Notes under the pieces: model-generated | Told to the model about the DNA's origin: nothing | Seen by the model: the letters and a program-made list of their open reading frames with translations, nothing else | Database searches by the model: none | Part shown: positions 34,531-42,543 of the stretch, piece by piece | Layout: the number at the start of each line of letters is the position of its first letter | Position numbering within the stretch: the stretch's first letter is position 1 | Position numbers and translations under genes: made by a program | From: a phage | Strand: one strand, 5' to 3' | Assembly (NCBI GenBank): GCA_028473545.1 | Contig: GCA_028473545.1_4546.1 | Length of the DNA stretch: 45,074 nucleotides

Positions 34531-34987
34531 TCTCGCTCATTATTTCAATTTGTGCGCTGCCGATTGGCGGCGCTTCGTCAAAGATTATCAATTGCTGGCA
34601 CTTGTTATTGCTCGGCCCGACTTCACCGGTGACAGCGTGTATAAATCTCACCCGCCAGTCCAGAAGAATTATCAGGTTTGCAGTCTTCCGGGCCAGCCTC
34701 GCCCACTTCGTCGACGTGTCCTGATTCAGTAGCATGACCGTCCGGCGTCCGTGCGCTGCGCATTCGACCCACGGCAGCGGATCGGAATACGGCGGATTGC
34801 ACCACTTCCACCCTTTCAACTCTGCCCAGACCACATCAAGCGCGCTATGTTCTGCCGTGAAGTAGCGCGGTAGCAGGTGGTTGGCATCGCTTGCCGCCAT
34901 ATCGTAACGGAATCGGTATTTCCGACGAAGCGGTTTGAATAAAGCTGGCGGCGTGCGCCAGCTATCTTTTTGCTCACTCTTCTGCAT
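34460..34987 (-). CDS. DNA N6-adenine methyltransferase (phage Dam-type)
   Basis: 175 aa; catalytic NPPY motif (WCNPPYS); N-terminal WRTPP. Confidence 0.65.
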   Translation of the reverse strand: MQKSEQKDSWRTPPALFKPLRRKYRFRYDMAASDANHLLPRYFTAEHSALDVVWAELKGWKWCNPPYSDPLPWVECAAHGRRTVMLLNQDTSTKWARLARKTANLIILLDWRVRFIHAVTGEVGPSNNKCQQLIIFDEAPPIGSAQIEIMSESELHEYLNRRPRPRGSRPNAKRL

Positions 34988-35438
34988 GACCTGGATCTAT
35001 CGCGTATAAAGGGACTTTATTGCCGGTTTTCATAACGCGCTGGACGCGCTTTGACTCCTCGGCGCTCATTGGGCGCATATCAGTGCTATAACCACCGTTT
35101 GATGTGTGCCGCCACGCTATCAGCACCAGATCTTTCCGGTCGATCTTAGACTGGCGGCCCTTCGGTCGCACGTACGCCTCGGCCCGTTTGCAATGCTCGC
35201 GCAGACCTTCGGCAGTGATGCGGTTTAGTGCAACGCTGGTTGTGTATCCGGTGCGCTGCATAATCCCCATCAATTCGAAAAGCAGTTCGAAGCGTTCCTC
35301 TAACTCCCGGCGCACTTTCTTCTCTCCTTCATATAGCGCCTGGTTGGTGTCCGCCAGCGCGTTCGCGCGTTCGGCCTGTTCACGGGCTTCGAGGCATTGC
35401 GCGGCCCAGTATGCTTTTTCTTCTTGTAAAATTTTCAT
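34974..35438 (-). CDS. Hypothetical protein with N-terminal coiled-coil
   Basis: Start at MKILQEEK with ggag RBS; preceded on the minus strand by a hairpin, a T-run and two ATTGGTTGC boxes (35492-35518). Confidence 0.45.
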   Translation of the reverse strand: MKILQEEKAYWAAQCLEAREQAERANALADTNQALYEGEKKVRRELEERFELLFELMGIMQRTGYTTSVALNRITAEGLREHCKRAEAYVRPKGRQSKIDRKDLVLIAWRHTSNGGYSTDMRPMSAEESKRVQRVMKTGNKVPLYAIDPGHAEE

Positions 35439-35518
35439 CGTGTTGTCTCCAGGTATTAAAAAGGGCGTCCAACCGGACACCCTTAAGATAATGCAACCAA
35501 TCTAATTACGCAACCAAT

Positions 35519-35842
35519 TTATTCATAAAAATTCGGGTCGCGCGCTACATCTACCAGATAAAGGTTGCTCATTCGGTTGCCGTAGTGCCCTGGCGTGCGC
35601 TGGCGACACACAACTGCGAAGCCTGGAGGGATTGTATTGCCGGTTTCGATAATCCACGCCACGCGCGCGCCAGACAGCTTCTTGCCGTTGCATTCGATAC
35701 GCGTACCGCCATCGGCAGTGTTAAGGTTGCCAATCTTGCAGCCGGTGGACTTCAGACGGATGACGCCGGTTTTGCTGTCATAGGTGAATAACTGGTTAGT
35801 CATTGCGACCGAGAAGTCGATGGCTTCGAATGTAGTGTTCAT
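35519..35842 (-). CDS. Hypothetical protein (possibly nuclease-like)
   Basis: 107 aa with Cys/His residues (CKIGN..IECNGKK); assignment uncertain. Confidence 0.4.
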   Translation of the reverse strand: MNTTFEAIDFSVAMTNQLFTYDSKTGVIRLKSTGCKIGNLNTADGGTRIECNGKKLSGARVAWIIETGNTIPPGFAVVCRQRTPGHYGNRMSNLYLVDVARDPNFYE

Positions 35843-36534
35843 TTTAAATTTTCCTCATTGACTGCTATTGCGAAGCCGCGCGGAGTGAGCGACCGTATTA
35901 ATTTGGTGCGGGCAGATTTGCCACCGAGGCGACTATACTGCTTCGAGTACCCTTTTTCAACGAATACCGGCTTTTTCTCCGGCATACGAAAGCCATTGCC
36001 AGTCCATAAACAGGTCAGCTTTGGATATGAATCGCGGTCGTTGATGTATTCCGGGAACAACGGATGTACGTCATCCTCCGGCAGATAGCCGCCATACTCC
36101 CACGGATCAAACGAGTGGTCAGGCTTACGCCACTGGGTAGATAGCACACTGCGCGGATTCTCAATCATATATGGCACTTCAAAGAAGTCACCCAGGTAAG
36201 CGGCAATCTTCGCGGTGCGCACTGCCTTAAGCTGAAAGGCGGGGTCTTTCGCACGCTTGCACGGGAAAGCTGGCGCACCGCTCACCGCCAGATCCGTACA
36301 CGGCGGAAACGCGTAGATAATATCCGGCGTGCCGAAATCGCCATTCATCGCGCGGTCCACGAAGTCCAGATCGATAAACTCGTTACGATAGCGGATACCG
36401 CGACCATAAATCCGGTAGTCAAGGTAAGACCCGTGATCGGCTTCCGAGTAGTTGAAACAGTAGCATTTATGCCCCATCTCGGCAGCGCGCTCTATCATCA
36501 AGCCGCTGCCGTCAAATAATGACCAGATAATCAC
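35839..36534 (-). CDS. Short DNA (cytosine-5)-methyltransferase-like protein
   Basis: 231 aa; motif I-like SLFDGSG, motif IV-like FPPCTDLAVSGA, ENV-like MIENP; no obvious target-recognition domain. Confidence 0.45.
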   Translation of the reverse strand: MIIWSLFDGSGLMIERAAEMGHKCYCFNYSEADHGSYLDYRIYGRGIRYRNEFIDLDFVDRAMNGDFGTPDIIYAFPPCTDLAVSGAPAFPCKRAKDPAFQLKAVRTAKIAAYLGDFFEVPYMIENPRSVLSTQWRKPDHSFDPWEYGGYLPEDDVHPLFPEYINDRDSYPKLTCLWTGNGFRMPEKKPVFVEKGYSKQYSRLGGKSARTKLIRSLTPRGFAIAVNEENLK

Positions 36535-37955
36535 TTGCGCACCTTCTTAGCTTTCATGTATTCCATCAAGTCGTCCTGGATGTCGCGCTTACCATCGCGG
36601 CGGTCCGCCACCAGTTCGTCCAGTGTCCCGCGTGCCTGGATAATATAGACGAATACCGGTCGAGGGTGCCCGGCTTGCATCTGGCGAACTGGCCCGATAC
36701 GCTCCACGATCTGCGCAAAGTGCTCATAGTTCCACGTATCCGAGAAGATAGCCAGGTGATGTCCGCCGTCCTGCAAGTTAAGGCCGTGACCAGCCGATGC
36801 CGGGTGTGCGAACATGATGGGAATCTCGCCCCTGTTCCACGCTTCCATATCCTTATTGCCCTGCTTACCCTTACCCATCGCAACGCCGTGGGGAAACTTC
36901 TTCTTCAGACGTGCCAGGTCGTGCTTGTACTGGTACGCAACGAGCAACGGCGCTCCGTTCAACTCCTCTACGATACTTTCCAGCGCGTCCAGCTTGGCGT
37001 CGTGAATCTTCTCCCACTCGTCGGTCCGCTCTCCGTCTTCGTCCACCTTATACACGGCACCGGATGCAAGCTGAAGGCACTTGATGGTCTTAGCCGCAGC
37101 GTTCGCCGCTTCCACTGTTCCGCTTTCCAGTTCGGCAAATAGCTCACTCTCAAACTGGTCATAAATCTTGCGGGCTTTCTTCGGCAGGTCCACGACAACC
37201 GGCGTGTAGATTGGCTTGTCACATCCGAAGTATTCAGCCGCGTCCACGGTAAGGGATACATCGGACAGGCGCTGTTGGATCTCCTTCTCGGAGTTCTTTA
37301 GCGGGGCGTGCTGCATAGTGAAGCTGCCAGGCTTAACAGGCTTGCTAATAAACCAGCGATCGGTGAATGCCTTATAGCTACTGCCGAGTCGTTCGCCACC
37401 GTCGACAAACCACGTCTGGCCCCATAGGTCTTTCAGTCCGTTTGGTGCTGGTGTGCCGGTCAGGTTAATCCAGCGCCTGACGTGCTTATGTGCGATCGCC
37501 GCCAGTGCGCGTGCGCGCTTACTGCCTTGCTTGCTGCGATAGCCTTTCAGCTTAGTGGATTCATCGGCAACAACGACCGTAAAAGGCCACTCGTCGCCGC
37601 AATACTCGACAAGCCACTCAACAACATCGTAGTTGACACAAACCACGTTAGCGTTGCTCTCAAGCGCCGCAATGCGGTCCTTCTCTGGCCCGGTGCCGTC
37701 TACTACCAGCAGGGCGGGGAATCTCCATTTTTCTTGTTCCGGGGGCCACGTGCCGGACGCAACGCGCAGCGGGGCCAGCACCAGTACGCGGTCCTCCTGG
37801 TTGGACAGGATGCCAGTCTGGAACATTTTGTTTAGCGCCCACATAGTCGCGCCGGTTTTACCGGACCCCATTGTCGCCCAAATATTGCAGCGCTCATGCT
37901 TGAGAATAAACGCGGTTATCAATTTCTGATATTCGCGACGTCGGAATCGTGCCAT
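36531..37955 (-). CDS. SNF2/DEAD-like helicase
   Basis: Start at MARFRRREYQ (internal ATG at 37955); Walker A MGSGKTG, DExx box VVADEST, LTGTPAPNG motif. Confidence 0.65.
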   Translation of the reverse strand: MARFRRREYQKLITAFILKHERCNIWATMGSGKTGATMWALNKMFQTGILSNQEDRVLVLAPLRVASGTWPPEQEKWRFPALLVVDGTGPEKDRIAALESNANVVCVNYDVVEWLVEYCGDEWPFTVVVADESTKLKGYRSKQGSKRARALAAIAHKHVRRWINLTGTPAPNGLKDLWGQTWFVDGGERLGSSYKAFTDRWFISKPVKPGSFTMQHAPLKNSEKEIQQRLSDVSLTVDAAEYFGCDKPIYTPVVVDLPKKARKIYDQFESELFAELESGTVEAANAAAKTIKCLQLASGAVYKVDEDGERTDEWEKIHDAKLDALESIVEELNGAPLLVAYQYKHDLARLKKKFPHGVAMGKGKQGNKDMEAWNRGEIPIMFAHPASAGHGLNLQDGGHHLAIFSDTWNYEHFAQIVERIGPVRQMQAGHPRPVFVYIIQARGTLDELVADRRDGKRDIQDDLMEYMKAKKVRK

Positions 37956-37959
37956 ATCT

Positions 37960-38184
37960 TTATTCCGCCTTTTTCCAGACTTCGGTTTCACTGTTCCAAT
38001 TCCTCTTTGTGGCGTCGTAGTTGGTGGCGTGTCCAATGTGCACACCGGTCGCGCGGAAGCTCTTAAACTTCTGCCAGCACACTGTCAACGGCAGCGGGTA
38101 ATTCATGCCTGCGATAAACCATACGCGATCGCCAGGTTTGCACTCGCCCAGCTTGGTGAGTCGGTAATGTTCTTTCATCGTCAT
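37960..38184 (-). CDS. Hypothetical small protein
   Basis: 74-aa ORF between the helicase and Zn-ribbon genes. Confidence 0.4.
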   Translation of the reverse strand: MTMKEHYRLTKLGECKPGDRVWFIAGMNYPLPLTVCWQKFKSFRATGVHIGHATNYDATKRNWNSETEVWKKAE

Positions 38185-38220
38185 GCCTCCAAAAATGGCG
38201 GGACAAGCCCGCCGTATTGA

Positions 38221-38394
38221 TTATTCTTGTTCTGCGCGATAGCGGCGCTGCCGTTCACGTTCTTTCTTATTGCGGCACGATTTGCACTCGGCCCGATGCC
38301 CGTCTGGACTGCGCGCAGTCTTTCCGGTGTATTTGTGGAACTGGGATAGCGGCTTGATGCATCCGCAATTACTACAACGTTTTTCTTCAATCAT
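38221..38394 (-). CDS. Zn-ribbon protein (CxxC...CxxC), basic C-terminus
   Basis: Start at MIEEKRCSNCGC with gagga RBS; second Cys pair CKSCRNKK; Arg/Lys-rich tail. Confidence 0.4.
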   Translation of the reverse strand: MIEEKRCSNCGCIKPLSQFHKYTGKTARSPDGHRAECKSCRNKKERERQRRYRAEQE

Positions 38395-38434
38395 TTCTAA
38401 AATCCTCGATAGGGCTAACCGGCACACTATACCG

Positions 38435-38713
38435 CTACGCGACCAATTCAGCAACCAATAAATCGCAGTCGGCTATGTTGTCAATAACGCGAACGTCAGC
38501 ACCGCGGCGGGCCATTCGCTCATGTTCTCGCACCTGGTGCGGCTTCGGTTTTCCTCCGGGGCGCTTCACTTCGACGAATACTATGATGCCGTTGATGATA
38601 ATAATCAGGTCGGGCGCACCTGCGCGCCCCTCCCATGCCAGCTTGCGGCAGAATCCGCCAACCTCTTTCACCCGTCGCATCAGGTGACTTTGAATCTTGC
38701 CTTCTGGTGTCAT
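38435..38713 (-). CDS. VRR-NUC domain nuclease
   Basis: 92 aa; PD-(D/E)xK-type core DLIIIINGIIVFVEVK. Confidence 0.6.
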   Translation of the reverse strand: MTPEGKIQSHLMRRVKEVGGFCRKLAWEGRAGAPDLIIIINGIIVFVEVKRPGGKPKPHQVREHERMARRGADVRVIDNIADCDLLVAELVA

Positions 38714-38901
38714 TTGGTTTGCAACTCCACGTTACGCAGACGTAGATCTACCGGTATGTCAGATCTACCGGTTAGCGCCAGCGCCAGGTTTTCAGGCGTG
38801 ACAAGTGCCGTGATGGTCTTGCCACGTTCCAGTCTAAGGACGATGCGAATCTCGTCATCGTCCGTCGCGCCAGCGCGCATTATGCTTAATTCTGCTTTCA
38901 T
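38710..38901 (-). CDS. Hypothetical small protein
   Basis: ATG at 38901, 4 nt downstream of the polymerase stop on the minus strand; 63 aa. Confidence 0.35.
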   Translation of the reverse strand: MKAELSIMRAGATDDDEIRIVLRLERGKTITALVTPENLALALTGRSDIPVDLRLRNVELQTK

Positions 38902-38905
38902 AATC

Positions 38906-41197
38906 TTACTTCCTGTACCGATACATAATGTCGCCTTCGGCGGCAAGTGGGAAACCTTTCGCCCATATAGGCAGGTCACACATCAGCGCGCAAAGCTCCT
39001 CGGTCGTGTAATCGTCGGTGTCCGGCACTTCGGTGATCAATTCATCGTGCACTGACAGGACGATTTCATAGCCCGCAGCTTCAACACCAGGCATGGACCA
39101 TGCGAGAATATCGCGGCACAACGCCTGTACGATGTTCTCCGTAAGTTTGCCGCCGTAGGTGTACTGGAATCCCCACTGGCGCGTCGTCTGATTCTCGCCC
39201 TGGTATTTGATGCGGGTACTGGTGCGCTTCTTGCCGGTGTCTTCGTCAATCTCGGTAGTGACAGACAGCGCGATTCCGGGGTAGCTCATGATTCGCCCTG
39301 ACGGCAACTCAACCTTCAGCCACCAGCCCGCGGCGTTCGGGTCGTCGCGTTCCTCGTCAAAGGTGGGGTCGTGCTTCGCCTTCGTGCGCACAATCTTGAG
39401 CGCTTTCTTGCCATCCGGGCGAACGTTCGCGCCAGCCCAGTATGCCTTACCTGGATTGCGTATCGCACATAACACCGCCTCCTCAAGCTCGGCCCAAAAG
39501 GCTACGGTCTTCGGGTGAGATTCACGCCACATACGTTTGATCGCGTCGCAGGTCAACCACACGTTTTTAGGCAGTATGTAAGTCGGGCGCTCGTCTTTCT
39601 TGCCGGGCTTCGGCGGGCGCTTCGCTTCGTTGATGCGGGCAAACTCATAACCGCGTTTAGCCGCCGCCCAAATATGATCGGGGAATGTTCCCTTCATGAC
39701 GTCAGCCATTGCGTACAGGTCGAGGCCCAGGTTTTTAGCAAACTGCAAGAACGCCGCGACGCCGCCACCATAGCCCAGTCCCAATTCACACGCCTTACCA
39801 ATCTGGCGTAGGTCTTTGCGGTTGGCTTTGATGTAGTCCGGGTCAAGGCCAAACATCTTACCGGCAGTTTCACAATAGATATCGCGTCCGGCCTTAAACA
39901 CCATAAGCGCGGTTTTCTCGCCAGCGATCCAGGCAAGGCCACGCCCTTCCACGTTGGAGTAGTCCGCTACAACAAACTTCTTGCCCTTAGCCGGGATAAT
40001 GCACCCGCGAACGGTCGAGGCGGTTAGCTTCGATATGTCATACGCCCAGTGCGCGGTCCCGCGTAACAGGGAGTTGATGCCGTTGGTGAGCATGTGCGAC
40101 CGTACCCAAAACGAGACGTCGCTCTCACCTTCGCGGCGCTTAATCTTCCCTTCGTGGTCATCACTGTACTCGCCACGTGCCAGGTTTTGAGGCTGAAAGC
40201 CTTTACCGGCCCAGCGTAGTGTGCGCTTTGCCCCACCATACTGAAGACAACCACGGCGGCGACCATCGGAAGAAAGGCCATTGACGAGCGGATTGTATTT
40301 AGTCGATGCCGTTGATGACGCGCCGAGGCGCATTTCAATAAGCACTTTGCCCTCGTCGGGGAAGTCTGGATCTTCCAGCAAATCATTCAGCGTGGATTTC
40401 TGCGCGTTGTGAATGGTGAACGCCGGGGCAATATCACGCAGGATTGGCAGGAAGTCATTACCGGTCAGTTTACCACCGAACAGTTCCCAGGCTTCTTCCT
40501 TCAATTCTTCTTTGTGCACCTGCACCGCCTTGATCGCGGCGTTCGCCAGGTCAACGTCCACATAGAAGCCACGGTCGTTAATCAACTGGTCGATACGCAG
40601 GATTTCATCTTCCTTCGGTGAGTTGCCCCAGTCCGGTATTCGCCAGTAGACTTCACGCATTGCGATAATATCCAGCGCGGCATAGCGCAGGAATTTAGCC
40701 CATTCTTCAGGGTGAGTCTCGCGCGTGTAGCGGCGGATTTTGTAGGTCTTAGGGGTCGGCTTACAAAATCGCTTAATCAGCGCCTTGCCTGCCTTATCCT
40801 TCGCGTGCTCTGCGTCAACGCCCAGCACCTGGCATTGCATATCGAGGCCACCCGGCAGCGCGTGACGAAAGGCCATAATCATCGTATCTTCGATCTGGCT
40901 TACCGGCAGGTCGATGCCCCACTTTTCACGGATAACCAGGCGGTCAAACAGGAGGCCGTTAGCCATCACTATTTTTGCTTTCTTGCGGGTTACCTGGCGT
41001 AGCGCCTTGCGCAGTTCACGCGGCATCGTGGGGGATTCAGTGGCGTCCCATGTCTGCACGCGGCCCTCGTCGATGGCGTAGGTGCAAATCATAATCTCGG
41101 TGGATGGGTGTTCTGCATAGGCATACGCACCTGCTTTCTTCAGGTCCACCCCGCTATATGTCTCGGTGTCAAGAAACAGGCGTTCGAAGTATTTCAT
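38906..41197 (-). CDS. DNA polymerase, family A (Pol I-like) with 3'-5' exonuclease domain
   Basis: 763 aa; exo motif FLDTETYSG; polymerase motifs DYSNVEGRGLAWIAGE, RQIGKACELGLGYGGG, VLSVHDELITEV. Confidence 0.85.
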   Translation of the reverse strand: MKYFERLFLDTETYSGVDLKKAGAYAYAEHPSTEIMICTYAIDEGRVQTWDATESPTMPRELRKALRQVTRKKAKIVMANGLLFDRLVIREKWGIDLPVSQIEDTMIMAFRHALPGGLDMQCQVLGVDAEHAKDKAGKALIKRFCKPTPKTYKIRRYTRETHPEEWAKFLRYAALDIIAMREVYWRIPDWGNSPKEDEILRIDQLINDRGFYVDVDLANAAIKAVQVHKEELKEEAWELFGGKLTGNDFLPILRDIAPAFTIHNAQKSTLNDLLEDPDFPDEGKVLIEMRLGASSTASTKYNPLVNGLSSDGRRRGCLQYGGAKRTLRWAGKGFQPQNLARGEYSDDHEGKIKRREGESDVSFWVRSHMLTNGINSLLRGTAHWAYDISKLTASTVRGCIIPAKGKKFVVADYSNVEGRGLAWIAGEKTALMVFKAGRDIYCETAGKMFGLDPDYIKANRKDLRQIGKACELGLGYGGGVAAFLQFAKNLGLDLYAMADVMKGTFPDHIWAAAKRGYEFARINEAKRPPKPGKKDERPTYILPKNVWLTCDAIKRMWRESHPKTVAFWAELEEAVLCAIRNPGKAYWAGANVRPDGKKALKIVRTKAKHDPTFDEERDDPNAAGWWLKVELPSGRIMSYPGIALSVTTEIDEDTGKKRTSTRIKYQGENQTTRQWGFQYTYGGKLTENIVQALCRDILAWSMPGVEAAGYEIVLSVHDELITEVPDTDDYTTEELCALMCDLPIWAKGFPLAAEGDIMYRYRK

Positions 41198-41364
41198 TGC
41201 TTTATCCTCACTACGGCATCAGCGCTGCCGATCATGGAGAAGATACCGTCGGAAAGGGCAATCTCCTCACCGTTGTTGCGAATCTCGGCAACGGTAAAAT
41301 ACTCGCCCAGCAATTTGGACCATACACGCATTCCGACTTTTACTTCACTGGCTTTAATACGCAT
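41194..41364 (-). CDS. Small protein (56 aa) translationally coupled to the DNA polymerase
   Basis: ATG at 41364; stop TGA overlaps the polymerase ATG (ATGA); below the ORF-track cutoff. Confidence 0.35.
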   Translation of the reverse strand: MRIKASEVKVGMRVWSKLLGEYFTVAEIRNNGEEIALSDGIFSMIGSADAVVRIKQ

Positions 41365-41379
41365 TTTTCATTGTCCTAA

Positions 41380-41405
41380 TAAAAAGCCCGCATTAAGCGG
41401 GCTTG
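41380..41405 (-). terminator. Rho-independent-type terminator after the SSB-like gene
   Basis: On the minus strand aagcccgcttaatgcgggctt followed by tttta. Confidence 0.4.
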
Positions 41406-41422
41406 TATAGTGGGCTTTGCCC

Positions 41423-42211
41423 TTAACGGCGGCGACGTTTACGTGGTGCTTCGTCTTCGTCGTCTTCGTCCTCATCTTCGTCATCGCGGGACTTACGACG
41501 CTTGCGAGGCTTCTCATCTTCCTCGTCTTCGTCATCGTCGTCGCGGCGCTTGGACTTCTTGGACTTGCGCGGCTTGTCATCTTCGTCATCGTCATCACGA
41601 CGTTTGGACTTCTTAGCCTTGCGCGGTGCTTCATCTTCGTCATCGTCGCCCAGGTCGTCATCGGAACAAGAAGACCCGCCGCCACCGAAGGAATCACCAT
41701 CATCACGGAAGCGAAGACCCATCAAACCGGCACCGAGTCCTTTACCGTTGGTGTTGTTCCACGCCCAAATATCCAGGGACACGTTGCAATAACAACCGGA
41801 ATAGATTTCCTGGCCTTCGATCTCGTCGCCGTCGATGGTCAGACCCTGTTCGGTCTGCTTCTCGCCCAGTGACGTTTGGATGTTAGGCTGTTTGAACGAT
41901 TTGGCGTTGATGTACAGCATGCCTTCAAACTCTTCGGTTACTTCGTCGCGCTCATCACCGTCGCGAACTGCGCATTCCTTAGAATCCTGGGCGTAGTGGC
42001 GGTCCATCCACTTATCGGCGTTCTTCTCGGATTTCAGCTTGTCGGTGAGCACTGCGCGCGCTGCCGCTTCCACTTTGTCCACCTGCGGATCTTCTTTATC
42101 AAGAAGAATCACGGCACGGTATGCCGGTTTTTGTCCATCCTGTTTAGGGGTATCACGTTCCCAAATTTTCAGGAAGCATACGCGCACGTTTTTCAGGTTG
42201 ACTTTAGCCAT
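41423..42211 (-). CDS. ssDNA-binding protein, T7 gp2.5-like, with repetitive charged C-terminal tail
   Basis: Start at MAKVNLKNVRVCF with gagga RBS; C-terminal tandem repeats DDDDED..PRK.KKSKRR ending RKRRRR; adjacent to the Cas4-like nuclease and polymerase. Confidence 0.5.
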   Translation of the reverse strand: MAKVNLKNVRVCFLKIWERDTPKQDGQKPAYRAVILLDKEDPQVDKVEAAARAVLTDKLKSEKNADKWMDRHYAQDSKECAVRDGDERDEVTEEFEGMLYINAKSFKQPNIQTSLGEKQTEQGLTIDGDEIEGQEIYSGCYCNVSLDIWAWNNTNGKGLGAGLMGLRFRDDGDSFGGGGSSCSDDDLGDDDEDEAPRKAKKSKRRDDDDEDDKPRKSKKSKRRDDDDEDEEDEKPRKRRKSRDDEDEDEDDEDEAPRKRRRR

Positions 42212-42265
42212 TTTCAAATTCCTCATTTCGCATGTATCGGGGTTATTGTTAGCCACCCCGTTCGG

Positions 42266-42290
42266 CTTGGTTGCTAATTTACTTGGTTGC
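42266..42290. promoter_or_regulatory. Tandem TTGGTTGC boxes upstream of the SSB-like gene
   Basis: cTTGGTTGCtaatttacTTGGTTGCgcc with 17-nt spacing between repeat starts. Confidence 0.3.
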
Positions 42291-42300
42291 GCCTAAGCGG

Positions 42301-42543
42301 TCAAGCACTTTTATTAAAAAGATTTCGTGTCACGTAGTTGGTGGCGTTCTCGATCCAGCTTAACGGCGGGCGGTCGATGTGCTTCTCAACCCAGTCTACG
42401 GCAACGTCACTGTAGCCATCGTCCAGCCAGCGGGATGGATGGCGAATCATCCAGGCCACCATTAACACGCCTTGCACGCAATGCAGGATAAACCCCAGCG
42501 CGCCGAGCATAATCATCAATACGAATGCAAATACCTTATTCAT
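42301..42543 (-). CDS. Small membrane protein
   Basis: 80 aa; hydrophobic FAFVLMIMLGALGFILHCVQGVLMVAWMI. Confidence 0.4.
   Translation of the reverse strand: MNKVFAFVLMIMLGALGFILHCVQGVLMVAWMIRHPSRWLDDGYSDVAVDWVEKHIDRPPLSWIENATNYVTRNLFNKSA

Noticed and set aside
41417-41872. Plus-strand ORFs across the SSB repeat region (including a poly-Ser ORF at 41502-41792)
   Set aside because: These are antisense readings of the GA-rich tandem repeats; the minus-strand frame gives a coherent SSB-like protein with an RBS.
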